Below, piece by piece: positions 19,201-28,754 of a stretch of 64,000 nucleotides of DNA. The stretch comes from Verrucomicrobiia bacterium (lineage in GTDB: Bacteria; Verrucomicrobiota; Verrucomicrobiia; Limisphaerales; UBA1319), in contig OY760937.1 in NCBI GenBank assembly GCA_963664225.1, positions 4,672,001-4,736,000 on the forward strand, written 5' to 3'. The translations under genes were made by a program, and so were the position numbers. Numbering within the stretch: the first letter of the stretch is position 1; each line of letters opens with the position of its first letter. The notes under the pieces were generated by a model. The model ran no database searches. It was not told the origin of the DNA and saw only the letters and a program-made list of their open reading frames with translations.

Positions 19201-19675
19201 ATCCGGCGGGTATGTTAAGTGCTCCGTTGCCATTGTATGCCCATGCCACGACCGTTCCATCGAACTTCAAGGCCACGCTGTGGGAATCACCCGCAGCGAT
19301 GGCTTTCACTCCGGTCAAACTGGCGGGCACATTGCACTGGGATAGACTATTGTCCCCCCACGCAACGACTGTGCCGTCGTTTTTCAAGGCCAGGCCGTGG
19401 CCAGAGCCTGTGGCGATTTCTGTGATTCCTTTCAGTCCTTCAGGCACATAACATTGACCCAAGGAGTTGTCCCCCCACGCAGCGACCGTTCCGTCGCTCA
19501 TTAAAGAAAGGCTGAAATTTCCTGCGGATGCAATTTTTACGCAGGTGACCCCGTTGGAAACGATCGGGAAGCTGACCTGTGAACCCCAACCGGTGACATT
19601 GCCTGCAGAGACATGAGGAAGCAGGCACATGGATAGAAGGAGAATGACCAGACTTCGAATGAAACGAATTTTCAT
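16262..19675 (-). CDS. Secreted RCC1/BLIP-II-like repeat protein with three InlB-B-like domains and an FYR-type C-terminal domain
   Basis: Signal peptide; many ~39-aa 'AIAAG..HSLALK.DGTVVAWG.N..GQ..VP.GL' repeats; three 'GG.VTGAG....G..VTL.A....GY.F.NWTE.G' units; ends MRFYRAKNR. Confidence 0.88.
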   Translation of the reverse strand: MKIRFIRSLVILLLSMCLLPHVSAGNVTGWGSQVSFPIVSNGVTCVKIASAGNFSLSLMSDGTVAAWGDNSLGQCYVPEGLKGITEIATGSGHGLALKNDGTVVAWGDNSLSQCNVPASLTGVKAIAAGDSHSVALKFDGTVVAWAYNGNGALNIPAGLSGVTAIAAARDHTLALKNDGTVVTWGWNDSNGNVPAGLTGVVAIATGYYHSLALKNDGTVAAWGFNGNGQTTVPSGLSNVVAIAAGRFHGMALKSDGTVVAWGLDDHGQCTVPGGLTGVTSIAGGTSHSLAIKNDGTLIAWGDNSMDQQSGPNGLSGATAIAAGNGFGVALKNDGTVVAWGQNGFGECNVPSGLTDAVAIATGFGHSLALKRDGTIVTWGGTDYGVSQVPAALSGVVAISAGRFHSMALKNDGTVVAWGAVGGTVNYGQATVPGGLTGVTAISGGFKHSLALKDDGTIVAWGGNGSGQCSVPAGLNGVKAVVAGGYHSLALKNDGTVVAWGDNSYGECNVPGGLTDVVAIAATEFHSLALKKDGTVVGWGRNNYGQSTAPKVLSRVSAIAACGTQSLALYGDASSSALITATSSPEAGGSITGAGTYFSGINVTLVATVNSGYWFSNWTEAGIPVSTSPTYRFVASTNRTLVANFVHGCNIQASASPATGGTVTGAGAFDLGANITLNAAPNDGYLFINWTEAGTPVSSSPNFSFVGASNRVLVANFLPGCTISATASPNDGGVVTSGGSFAIGSSVTLSATPDVGFRFINWTEGGMPVSANPIYSFVASTNRTLVAGFMAASGAISDWGSEADFVPNEKTNHFVKLAAGAQHGLGLKADGTVLAWGANTYGQCTVPNGLTSVTNIAAGFGHSLALKNNGAVVAWGWNIYGQSTVPDGLTGVVAVAAGYSHSLALKNDGTVVAWGGNTFGQCTVPNGLTSVVAIAAGYGHSLALKSDGTVIAWGANTYGQHTVPEGLSGVTAIAAGDYHCLALKQDGTVVAWGANTSGQCTIPSGLTGVISIAAGQYHSLALKSGGTVVAWGNNASGQSTISSWMSGVTAIAAGGDHSLALFDDAGQVANLKGLNVTSGKPTIHFIGVPGIAYDIEASPDLSSWAKIGTATAGPAGSFDFVDDQTGGLQMRFYRAKNR

Positions 19676-20064
19676 GTGGATCCTATAGGATAAAAAATTA
19701 ACCCAATTGATACTTTTGGCGTGCTGCCACGACTTGTGACCCGTCCCGATGAATTACTTTAACGTTTTATAGCATATCATTTCACAATGCAATCAAAAAA
19801 TGGAAATAAAGTGGACGAAACCGATATTCCGTTTATTGGTGAAGGTTTGATTTGGATGCTGAATTCCAATGCGAACTCCATCGTAAAAACGTCAGAATAA
19901 ATTGTGTATGAATAATATGCATTTGGCAAATCCCAGAGCGATGCTCGCGGCAGTCCCTCGAACAGTTGTCTGGCACGGTTGGAGCGCCTGATTTAAAGGC
20001 TGTCGTAGGTTTTGACAAGCGACCCGGAACACGCGCACGATAAGGCATGTTTACATCGGGGGAC

Positions 20065-20913
20065 ATGAAGGCCTGGCTGCGAATCGTCCTGTTACTGGGG
20101 CGGTTATCGAGTCTGCCGACGATTTGGTCGAATTGTCTGGCCGGCTGGGTGTTAAGCGGCGGGGGGCTGATCGAGAATTTTCTTGTTTTGGGGATGGGAA
20201 CATCCTGCCTCTACCTGGGGGGCATGTGCCTGAATCACGCCTGCGATGCGTCCGTGGATGCCATACACCGGCCTGAACGGCCGATTCCCTCGGGGATGGT
20301 CGCGGCGCAAACGGTGATATTGATGGCGGTGGTATGGTTCGCGGTGGGGGCGTTATTTCTGGTCACGCTGGGAAAAGTGTCCGCCATCCTTACGGTCTTA
20401 TTGCTGTGCATCATCATATTATATTATTTCACGCATAACACGCTTTCGTTCGCGCCGGTATTCATGGGGGTCTACCGGTTTCTGATTTACTTGCTTGCGG
20501 GTTCCGCAGCGGCTTCGGGAATCAGCGGTCTGACCATCTGGAGCGGATTTGCGATGGCGGCGTATGTGGGTGGGGTGAGCTATCTGGGTCGCAAAGACTT
20601 CGCACCGATGCGTCTCTCGTATTGGCCGTTTGTGTTTTTCGGTGTTCCGATTCTTCTGGCCTGGGTTGTGAATGGATCCGGCTACCGCTGGCAGGCGCTT
20701 TTTATGACGGTGCTATTGTGCGGTTGGACGGGCTGGTGCCTGCGTTACGCCTTGTGGGCGGCCCGGCGCAATGTCCGGCATGCGGTGGCGGGATTGCTGG
20801 CGGGAATCGTTCTTGTGGATTTTATGGCGATGGGATTTTCGGCCTATGGGTGGGTTTTTGCAATCTGGTTTGTGGCGGTGCTGATTTTGCAGCGTGTGGA
20901 CCCGGCCCGTTGA
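20065..20913 (+). CDS. UbiA prenyltransferase family protein (EboC-like)
   Basis: RLSSLPTIWSN, YLGGMCLNHACDASVD..RPERPIPSG; many transmembrane segments. Confidence 0.78.
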   Translation: MKAWLRIVLLLGRLSSLPTIWSNCLAGWVLSGGGLIENFLVLGMGTSCLYLGGMCLNHACDASVDAIHRPERPIPSGMVAAQTVILMAVVWFAVGALFLVTLGKVSAILTVLLLCIIILYYFTHNTLSFAPVFMGVYRFLIYLLAGSAAASGISGLTIWSGFAMAAYVGGVSYLGRKDFAPMRLSYWPFVFFGVPILLAWVVNGSGYRWQALFMTVLLCGWTGWCLRYALWAARRNVRHAVAGLLAGIVLVDFMAMGFSAYGWVFAIWFVAVLILQRVDPAR

Positions 20914-21025
20914 TGGGGCGGATATTCCCGCTGGATGCAAGCTGGATGTCGGCTGGATTCAACTGGTTGTCCGCTGGGGGCTGCTTGTCCCAGGGGAACG
21001 GGAATAATTGAGGCTCCTCCAGTGC

Positions 21026-21059
21026 AAAAAAACGGACGACGGATTTCTCCGCCGTCCGC
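21026..21059 (-). terminator. Intrinsic terminator after pilC
   Basis: Minus strand GCGGACGGCGGA-GAAA-TCCGTCGTCCGT followed by TTTTTT. Confidence 0.8.
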
Positions 21060-21078
21060 ATGCAAGTCCTGAGAAGGT

Positions 21079-22428
21079 TTATTCCTTTGCGCCTTTGGGG
21101 CCGCTGCTGTCGTCGCCGGCCTGGCCCATCTTATCCATCAAGACCACCAGGGGCATGAACAGGGCGATGACGATGCTGCCGACGATGACGGCGAGACAGA
21201 CGATCATGACCGGCTCGAGCAGGGAGGTCATGGCGGCGACGGCGTTATCGACTTCCTCGTCGAAATTATCCGCGATTTTCATCAACATTTCAGGGAGAGC
21301 GCCGGTTTGCTCGCCGACGTCCACCATGCTGATGACCATGGGGGGAAAGATATTGGCGGCTTCAAGTGGGGCGGTGATGGTTTCACCTTCCTTGACGCTT
21401 TCATGAATGGCGGTGACGGCATTGCCGATGATGACGTTGCCGGAAGTTTCCTTGACGATGGTCAACGCCTGGAGAATGGGGACGCCGCTGCTGACCAGGG
21501 TGCCGAGGGTGCGCGTGAAGCGCGAGATGGCGACTTTGCTCACCACAGGTCCGATGCCGGGCACGACGAGTTTGAATTTATCGAACAAACGCCGCCCCAC
21601 CTTGGTTTTGGTGGTGAGCTTCAAGGCGATGAAGAAGGCCACAATGCACAGCAAGGTCTCGATGAAGTGGCTCTTGACCGTGCGGCTGATTCCCAAAACG
21701 AGGTTGGTAAAGGCGGGCAGAGCGGCGCCCTCGAGCATGTCTTTAAAGATTTCCTCGAACTTGGGCACGACGTAAACCATGAGCACGCCCATGATGACGG
21801 TGGCCACGACGAGCACCGCCACGGGGTAAAACATGGCGGCGACCACTTTGCCTTTGATCTTTTCGGCTTTTTCCATGAATTCGGACAAGCGGTTGAGCAC
21901 GACTTCAAGCACACCGCCCATTTCGCCCGCTTTCACCATGCTGACAAAGAGACGGTTAAAGATCTTGGGATGCTGCCCCAGGGCTTCAGAGAAAGTGCTG
22001 CCGCCTTCGACCGAGATGGCCAATTTGCCAATGACATCCTTGAGCACGGGATTGCGTTCCTGTTTTTCAAGAACCCGCAAACCGCGCAACAAGGGCAGAC
22101 CGGCATCCACCAGTGTGGCCAACTGGCGGGTGAATGTGGTCAGGACCTTTGTTTTGACGCGTCCGCCGATGAATGGGATCTTAATATTAAGATTGATCCC
22201 TTTTTTGGCGCCTTTGGCTCCCTTGGCGCCGGATTTGTCCCCTCCCTTGGGCGCTTTCTTATCGGCTGCCTTATCCTTGCCGCCGCCTTTGTCCGCCTCC
22301 GTCACTTTGGTCGGAAAATATCCCATCTCCTTGAGACGGGTGATCGCCTCGTTCTGATTGGAGACTTCCAAAGTTCCCTTGGTCTCCTTGCCGCGGGAAT
22401 CCATGGCCACATAACTGAACTTTGGCAT
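21079..22428 (-). CDS. pilC: Type II secretion/type IV pilus inner-membrane platform protein (GspF/PilC)
   Basis: FTRQLATLVDAGLPL, AGEMGG.L, GEQTGAL and LLEP motifs. Confidence 0.93.
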   Translation of the reverse strand: MPKFSYVAMDSRGKETKGTLEVSNQNEAITRLKEMGYFPTKVTEADKGGGKDKAADKKAPKGGDKSGAKGAKGAKKGINLNIKIPFIGGRVKTKVLTTFTRQLATLVDAGLPLLRGLRVLEKQERNPVLKDVIGKLAISVEGGSTFSEALGQHPKIFNRLFVSMVKAGEMGGVLEVVLNRLSEFMEKAEKIKGKVVAAMFYPVAVLVVATVIMGVLMVYVVPKFEEIFKDMLEGAALPAFTNLVLGISRTVKSHFIETLLCIVAFFIALKLTTKTKVGRRLFDKFKLVVPGIGPVVSKVAISRFTRTLGTLVSSGVPILQALTIVKETSGNVIIGNAVTAIHESVKEGETITAPLEAANIFPPMVISMVDVGEQTGALPEMLMKIADNFDEEVDNAVAAMTSLLEPVMIVCLAVIVGSIVIALFMPLVVLMDKMGQAGDDSSGPKGAKE

Positions 22429-22441
22429 AAAATTCTTTCTC

Positions 22442-24157
22442 TTAAGTGTATTTCAAGATCTCTTCGATGGTGGTGTCTCCATCGAAAATACTGCGCAAAC
22501 CGTCCTCCCGCAAGGTGATCATCCCCAGCTCGACGGCTTTTTGCCGCAACACGATTGTGGGGGCGCGCTCATTGATCATGTTGCGAATGACATCGGAGAC
22601 GATCAACAGTTCAAAAATTCCCTTGCGTCCTTTATAGCCCGTGTCGTTACAGAACGAACACCCGCGTCCGTAGAAGAACGATTTTTCCCCGATATCATGG
22701 GGGGAAAGATTGAGCAGCGACAATTGATGCTCCGTGGGTTCAAACGGGGTGCGGCATTTTTTGCAGGTTGTTCTAACCAGACGTTGTGCCAGCACGCCCA
22801 TCAAAGTGGAGGAAACCAGGAAGGGTTCCACGCCCATATCGATCAAACGGGTGACCGCGCCGGAGGCGTCGTTGGTGTGGAGGGTGCTTAACACCAAATG
22901 CCCTGTCAGCGAGGCCTGAATGGCGATCTGAGAGGTCTCCAAATCGCGCATTTCTCCGACCATGATGATGTCGGGGTCCTGGCGCAGGAAGGAGCGCAGG
23001 GCCTTGCCGAAGGTCATGCCGACGGATTCGTGAACGGCGACCTGCATGATGCCTTCGATGTCATATTCCACGGGGTCTTCCACTGTGAGAAGTTTGGCGT
23101 CGATGCTGTTGATTTTGCGCAGGCAGGCGTAAAGGGTTGTGGTTTTTCCGCAACCGGTCGGGCCGGTGACGATCAGAATGCCATTGGGCTGTTGGATGGC
23201 CTCAACGACGTAGTCATTGACGGTTTTCGGCAAACCGAGCGTTTCAAGATCGAGGTTGACCGAGTTGCGGTCGAGGACGCGGAGCACGACAGACTCGCCG
23301 AATTGGGTGGGCAGAGTGGATACGCGCAGGTCCACCTGGCGGCCGGAGAGGTTCATGGAAATGCGTCCGTCCTGAGGCAGGCGTCTTTCAGCAATGTCCA
23401 GGTTGGCCATGACCTTGATACGGGAGGTTACAGGCAGGGCCAGGTGTTTGGGGGGCGGGGCCATTTCATAAAGCGCACCGTCCACGCGGTAACGGATTTT
23501 GAATTCATCCTCGAAGGGTTCGAAGTGAATGTCACTGGCGCGGTCCTGGATGGCCTGGTAGAGGACCAGGTTTACAAATTTGACGACTGGCGTGTCGTTG
23601 GCCATGTCCTCAATGGCGATGTTGAGGCGGCCTTTCGAAGAGGCGGAGACCTCTTCGCCATCTTTTGAGGCATCGAAGTCCCCCCCCATGGCCTTGAGGA
23701 TGTCCGTGACGCTCTCGCCGCCTTCGGCGTAATATTTATTGACCGCCTGATCGATCTGGCTTGGATCGGCGATGACGACCTGAATTTCCTTGCCCAGGGT
23801 ATAGCCCAGTTCGTTGACCTGCTCGGGATTGAGCGGATCGGCCATGGCCAATTGGAGGGTGGAGTCGTGCAGGGCGACCGGCAGGCAGCGGTTCATGCGC
23901 GCGGTGGCGGCGGGCACGACTTTGAGGACGTCGGCCGGGATTTCGCGGTTGCGCAAATCGACGACTTCCGTTCCCAGATAGTCGGCCATGACCTGGAGGG
24001 TGCTTTCGGTATCGAGGATGCCGAGGTCCTTGAGCAATTCGATGATCGCTTTGCCGCCGCGGCCGTGCTCCTGGACGACTTCTTCGAGCTGCATGTCGTC
24101 CGCGAGACCGCGATCCCGAATCAGCGCCAGCAAAGGGAATGATGTGACATCTGCCAT
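22442..24157 (-). CDS. pilB: GspE/PilB family assembly ATPase (copy 2)
   Basis: [13 protein letters not shown], Walker [19 protein letters not shown] and tetracysteine (CKKC/CSFC) motifs. Confidence 0.92.
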   Translation of the reverse strand: MADVTSFPLLALIRDRGLADDMQLEEVVQEHGRGGKAIIELLKDLGILDTESTLQVMADYLGTEVVDLRNREIPADVLKVVPAATARMNRCLPVALHDSTLQLAMADPLNPEQVNELGYTLGKEIQVVIADPSQIDQAVNKYYAEGGESVTDILKAMGGDFDASKDGEEVSASSKGRLNIAIEDMANDTPVVKFVNLVLYQAIQDRASDIHFEPFEDEFKIRYRVDGALYEMAPPPKHLALPVTSRIKVMANLDIAERRLPQDGRISMNLSGRQVDLRVSTLPTQFGESVVLRVLDRNSVNLDLETLGLPKTVNDYVVEAIQQPNGILIVTGPTGCGKTTTLYACLRKINSIDAKLLTVEDPVEYDIEGIMQVAVHESVGMTFGKALRSFLRQDPDIIMVGEMRDLETSQIAIQASLTGHLVLSTLHTNDASGAVTRLIDMGVEPFLVSSTLMGVLAQRLVRTTCKKCRTPFEPTEHQLSLLNLSPHDIGEKSFFYGRGCSFCNDTGYKGRKGIFELLIVSDVIRNMINERAPTIVLRQKAVELGMITLREDGLRSIFDGDTTIEEILKYT

Positions 24158-24169
24158 ATAGTATCCAAC

Positions 24170-25255
24170 TTACGCCGCCCGGCCCGCTTCCATCTCCTGT
24201 AATTTCGCGATGGCGGAGGTGGGGTCCTGGGCTTTGGTGATGACTTCGTCCTGGGAAATAAGGCCCAATTGATATTTTTCGATCAGGAAACTGTCCAGAG
24301 TGACCATGCCGTATTTCGCGCCGGTCTGAATGTCCGAATTGATGCGGAAGGTTTTGTTGTCGCGAATGAGCGCGCCAACCGAGGGCGTGTTGATCATGAT
24401 TTCAAACACCGCGACACGGCCGGGTTTGTCGCAACGCGGGATGAGCAATTGCGAAATAACGGCCTGGAGGACGGTGGAGAGCTGGATGCGGATTTGCTCC
24501 TGCTGTGTAACCGGGAAGGCGTTCACAAGACGGTCGATGGTCTTGGCGGCGCCGGTGGTGTGCAGGGTGCCGAAGACCAAGTGGCCAGTTTCGGCGGCGG
24601 CGATGGCCGCTTCCATGGTTTCCAGGTCGCGCAACTCGCCGACGAGAATCACGTCGGGATCCTGACGGAGGGCGCGGCGCAGGGCCTCGGCGAAAGTGGG
24701 CACGTCCACATTGATTTCGCGCTGGGTGATCAGGGCCTTTTTGTGGTTGTGGTAATATTCGATGGGGTCTTCGATGGTGATGATGTGGGCGTCATCGCGT
24801 TCCTCGTTGATGATGTTAATCATCGAAGCCAGCGTGGTGGTCTTGCCCGAACCGGTCGGACCGGTGACCAGGACCAGACCCCTGGGTTTGTAGAGCAATT
24901 CCTTGACGTTGGGGGGCAGGCCGATCTGCTCCATGGTGAGCATTTTGGCCGGAATCTGGCGGGCGACCAGGGCAAAATGGCCCTTTTCCTTGAAGACGCT
25001 GACACGAAAGCGGGCGAGTTCGCCGAAGGCGAAGCCCAAGTCGGCGCCGCCCTTTTCACGGACTTGCTGGATGTGGTCTTCGGAGGTGACGCTGCGCATC
25101 AGTTCCTCGGTGTCCTCGGGCCGCAGGGAAGGGCCTTCGACACGGTGCAGCACGCCGTGAACGCGGATGACCGGGGGAACCCCCACCCGGAGGTGAAGAT
25201 CCGAAGCGCCTTCCTGAACGACCAACTGCAACAAATCAGACATTGAATATGACAT
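24170..25255 (-). CDS. pilT: Type IV pilus retraction ATPase PilT
   Basis: [28 protein letters not shown] and [14 protein letters not shown] motifs. Confidence 0.94.
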   Translation of the reverse strand: MSYSMSDLLQLVVQEGASDLHLRVGVPPVIRVHGVLHRVEGPSLRPEDTEELMRSVTSEDHIQQVREKGGADLGFAFGELARFRVSVFKEKGHFALVARQIPAKMLTMEQIGLPPNVKELLYKPRGLVLVTGPTGSGKTTTLASMINIINEERDDAHIITIEDPIEYYHNHKKALITQREINVDVPTFAEALRRALRQDPDVILVGELRDLETMEAAIAAAETGHLVFGTLHTTGAAKTIDRLVNAFPVTQQEQIRIQLSTVLQAVISQLLIPRCDKPGRVAVFEIMINTPSVGALIRDNKTFRINSDIQTGAKYGMVTLDSFLIEKYQLGLISQDEVITKAQDPTSAIAKLQEMEAGRAA

Positions 25256-25343
25256 GGTAAAATCAATCTCCTGTAATAATTATACTGGTGGAATAATGGG
25301 TCTGACGATTTTCAATATTATCATTCGCATGCACGGAGGCGCC

Positions 25344-27056
25344 TCATTCCACTTCCCCAACTGTGGAGCGTATGACCTCTTCCGCGCTGGTGAGTCCGGC
25401 GATCACTTTGCGTGTGCCGTCCTCGCGCAGGGTGCGCATTCCCATTTCCCGGGCGCGGGCGCGCAGGACGTTGGATGTGACCTTGTCGTAAATGAGCTTG
25501 CGGGCCTCGTCGTCGATGACGAAAATTTCAAAGATACCGAAGCGCCCGCGATAGCCCGTGCTTTTGCAATTGCCGCAGCCCTTGCCGTGCTTGAAGGTGG
25601 CATTGGCGATATTGTTGGGATCGATGTTGAGCGCGCGCATTTCCGATTCGGTGGGCAAATGAGGGGCGCCACATTGTTTGCAAATTTTGCGCACCAACCG
25701 TTGGGCGATCAGGGCGCGGGTGGAGGAGGCGACCAAGAACGGTTTGACGCCGATGTCGATCAGACGGGTCACGGCGCTGGGGGCGTCGTTAGTGTGCAGG
25801 GTGGAAAACACCAAGTGACCGGTCAACGAGGCGTTGATGGCGATGGAGGCGGTTTCCAAGTCGCGAATTTCACCGACCATGATCACGTTCGGGGCCTGGC
25901 GCAGAATGGAACGCAGGGCGGCGGCGAATGTCAGGCCGACCGTTTCATTGACATGGACCTGGTTGATGCCGGACATGACATACTCAACCGGGTCTTCGAC
26001 GGTGATGATCTTGCGGTCGGGGCGGTTGATGTAGTTGAGCACGGCATAAAGGGTGGTCGTCTTGCCGGAACCGGTGGGGCCGGTGACTAGGAGGATGCCG
26101 TCGGGCAGGGCGATGAGCCGTTCGAAGGTTTGCTGATCGTCGGTAAAGAATCCCAATTCGGGCAAGCCCAGTTTGAGACCTTCCTTATCCAAAATACGCA
26201 TGACGATGCTTTCGCCATGGTTGGTGGGGAGGCAGGAAACGCGCAAGTCGATCGATTTGCCCGCCACCGTCATCTGAATACGTCCGTCCTGGGGAATCCG
26301 CCTTTCGGCAATGGACATGTTGGACTGGATCTTGAGACGGCTGATAATGGAGGCCTGCAGGCGCTTCGGCGGGCTTTTGATTTCGTGCAGCACGCCGTCA
26401 ATGCGGTAGCGAACACGGAACCGCTTTTCCAAGGGTTCGAGATGAATATCGGAGGCCCGTGCTTTGAAAGCTTCAACAATGATGGTGTTGACCAGTTTGA
26501 TGATCGGCGCGTCGGCATCGACTGTGGATCCGTCGTCTTCGCCGCCGGCGCTCCCAATTTCACCGATCTCGACTTCGCCTTCGGTGATGTCCTGGATCAT
26601 TTTGCCAACCGAGTCGTCCTTGGCGCCGCCGTAGTAGCGCTCGATGGCCGCATCGATCTCCTCCTCGGGCGCCACCTTGACTTCGATTTCCTGGTTGAGC
26701 AGGTGGTGAAGGCTGTCGATGGTGTCCAGATCCGCCGGGTCGCTCAATGCCACCGTGACGCTGCCGTTGTTCCGGTAGATGGGGATGACTTTATAGCGCT
26801 TGGCGATATGGCGGGGGATTGCGGAGATGACTTCGTCCGTGAGCCGGATTTCGTTTAAATCGACCACTTCCGCTCCAAATTGGGCGGCTTTGGCGCGGGT
26901 TACGTCGGCCGGTTTGATCAGGCTGCGGGCGAGCAATAAATCGACCACCCCCTGACCTGTCGAATCCGCTTCGGTTCGCATGGTGGCCACGTCCGTATTC
27001 GAGACGAGCCCCATATCGACCAGAAAATCTAACAAATAATCGTCTTTTGCTGCCAC
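25344..27056 (-). CDS. pilB: GspE/PilB family assembly ATPase (copy 1)
   Basis: [26 protein letters not shown] and CKQC/CGNC motifs; probable GTG start at 27056. Confidence 0.92.
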   Translation of the reverse strand: MAAKDDYLLDFLVDMGLVSNTDVATMRTEADSTGQGVVDLLLARSLIKPADVTRAKAAQFGAEVVDLNEIRLTDEVISAIPRHIAKRYKVIPIYRNNGSVTVALSDPADLDTIDSLHHLLNQEIEVKVAPEEEIDAAIERYYGGAKDDSVGKMIQDITEGEVEIGEIGSAGGEDDGSTVDADAPIIKLVNTIIVEAFKARASDIHLEPLEKRFRVRYRIDGVLHEIKSPPKRLQASIISRLKIQSNMSIAERRIPQDGRIQMTVAGKSIDLRVSCLPTNHGESIVMRILDKEGLKLGLPELGFFTDDQQTFERLIALPDGILLVTGPTGSGKTTTLYAVLNYINRPDRKIITVEDPVEYVMSGINQVHVNETVGLTFAAALRSILRQAPNVIMVGEIRDLETASIAINASLTGHLVFSTLHTNDAPSAVTRLIDIGVKPFLVASSTRALIAQRLVRKICKQCGAPHLPTESEMRALNIDPNNIANATFKHGKGCGNCKSTGYRGRFGIFEIFVIDDEARKLIYDKVTSNVLRARAREMGMRTLREDGTRKVIAGLTSAEEVIRSTVGEVE

Positions 27057-27562
27057 AATTTTATCGTTCCCAATCCGGGAATCCGTCTTTGGGAGTGCGC
27101 CGAATCTTATCGGCCACTCTTTCAATGTCAACGCAACTGATTCACCAAAACTACAGCAGGAATGCGGCCAGATGTCAGGAGAATTGCAGTTATTGTGCAA
27201 ACTTCGCACAGCGGGGCTATTACGAATAAGGAAACCGTTGTTCCCAGTGTTGGATTAACCCGGGTCTTCATGGAAAAAACAGCGGACATCGCTCAGGTAA
27301 GGAAAGCAGAAGGGACGGTCCAAGACTCATGAATGGCAATCTTTTATATAATGTAAGTTTCTAATGCATAACGATATGCAGAGCTGTTAATATAAGATTC
27401 AGGCTCCGGTATCGATTTAACCCGAATGGATTGAGGGCAGTGTGTTTGAAAGAAAAAAGCATTTATGGTCGCATTCCTTGAAAATTCTGTTGCCAGTAAA
27501 CGCCTAAAGCTTTAGTGCTTAGGGCCACACGATACTCAAAAACAATTAAACCAAACACATTT

Positions 27563-28594
27563 ATGGCTCAAAGTATTTTTCATGCCAGTGTGGAGGGCGC
27601 GCAACACGGTGCCAAGAGTCTGGCTGATTTTCTGGCGTATGCCAAGAAATCCGGTGCAGCGGGCGCGCAACCTTCGAACTTCATGTTGCAGACCGATAAA
27701 GGCCTGATGACCGCCAAACAGGTCAAACAGGCTTTTGAAAAAGCAGGGATGAAGTTGGATGGAATCAGTTGTCATTGCCCCTTCTGGGTGCATACGACGG
27801 CCTGGACGCAGAGTCCGACGATCCGTCCGTTTATTCCGGCGGATGTGGCCAAGAAATCCCCGGCTGAGATTGAAAAATGGGCTGAGGAATATTTGCTGGG
27901 TCTTTTCGATCTTTCGGCGGAGCTGGGGGTGAAGATTCTGCCCATGTTCTGGGGCGTGGCGTTCGGCTGGGAGCTGGCGACCGGATATCCCTGGGGATTC
28001 TGGAAGGGCGGCGACTTCGATTTCATCAAGGAAGGCCAGGAACGGTTTGTCAAAAAGACCGCAAAACTGCGCAAACGGGCCAATGAATTGGGCATTTACC
28101 TTTGCCATGAGATTCATCCGGGCACGGCGGCCATGTGCGCTGACGATTTCAACATGCTCGTCAAGATTTGCAACGGCGACAAGTGCGTGGCGGTCAATGC
28201 GGATCCCTCCCATTGCTGGGAAGGGGAGAACTGGGAAACCCGTTTCCTGAAGGTGGGTTCGAGAATCAACGCCTGCCATATTAAAAACTACGTCATCCGC
28301 CCCGGAGTTCCATTGCGCATGATGGAGCCCAACTGGCAGAAGCGCGGGATGCAGTTTGTGGACATCCCGACGGGTGATTTGAACATGACCCGGTACGTGG
28401 AGTTGCTGATGCATGTGGGCTATACGCAGCGTTATTGCGAGATCATGGGCACCAAGACGGCGCCATTGATCGTCGAGGCGGAGAGCGCCTACCGCGAGTT
28501 GGACGCCACCAGCGCCAACGGGATCCAATTCGTTCGGGACAATCTCTGCTTCCCTCCGGCGGCAGGCTCCTTTGAAGACGGCATGGGCGCATAG
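27563..28594 (+). CDS. Sugar phosphate isomerase/epimerase (xylose isomerase-like TIM barrel)
   Basis: Metal-binding pattern HEIHP, DPSH, HIK and VEAE; ATG at 27563. Confidence 0.8.
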   Translation: MAQSIFHASVEGAQHGAKSLADFLAYAKKSGAAGAQPSNFMLQTDKGLMTAKQVKQAFEKAGMKLDGISCHCPFWVHTTAWTQSPTIRPFIPADVAKKSPAEIEKWAEEYLLGLFDLSAELGVKILPMFWGVAFGWELATGYPWGFWKGGDFDFIKEGQERFVKKTAKLRKRANELGIYLCHEIHPGTAAMCADDFNMLVKICNGDKCVAVNADPSHCWEGENWETRFLKVGSRINACHIKNYVIRPGVPLRMMEPNWQKRGMQFVDIPTGDLNMTRYVELLMHVGYTQRYCEIMGTKTAPLIVEAESAYRELDATSANGIQFVRDNLCFPPAAGSFEDGMGA

Positions 28595-28625
28595 CCGATC
28601 CGATCTTCAATGCGGAGACTTTAAT

Positions 28626-28653
28626 GGGATGCGCTTCGGCGCATCCTTTTTTT
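28626..28653 (+). terminator. Intrinsic terminator
   Basis: GGGATGCGC-TTCG-GCGCATCCT followed by TTTTTT. Confidence 0.85.
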
Positions 28654-28754
28654 ATATAATAAATTGCGCGAGCGGGGCGCATGGATTTTATTGTCGTGTT
28701 TATCGAAACCAGATGAACGTTGAAGTTCGCTCAGGCAATTGTCGGTTTTACTGA

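Noticed and set aside
19971..19985. Sigma54 promoter TGGCACGGTTGGAGC before the UbiA-family gene
   Set aside because: The -24 element matches, but the -12 element lacks TTGC and no activator context is evident.
21307..26858. Long plus-strand ORFs opposite the pil genes (also opposite pheS/T, the hem genes and others)
   Set aside because: Antisense shadows caused by GC-rich codon bias of well-supported genes on the other strand.
27057..27560. Riboswitch or sRNA in the pilB/isomerase divergent intergenic region
   Set aside because: No recognisable conserved RNA motif (such as c-di-GMP GEMM); it looks like AT-rich promoter DNA.
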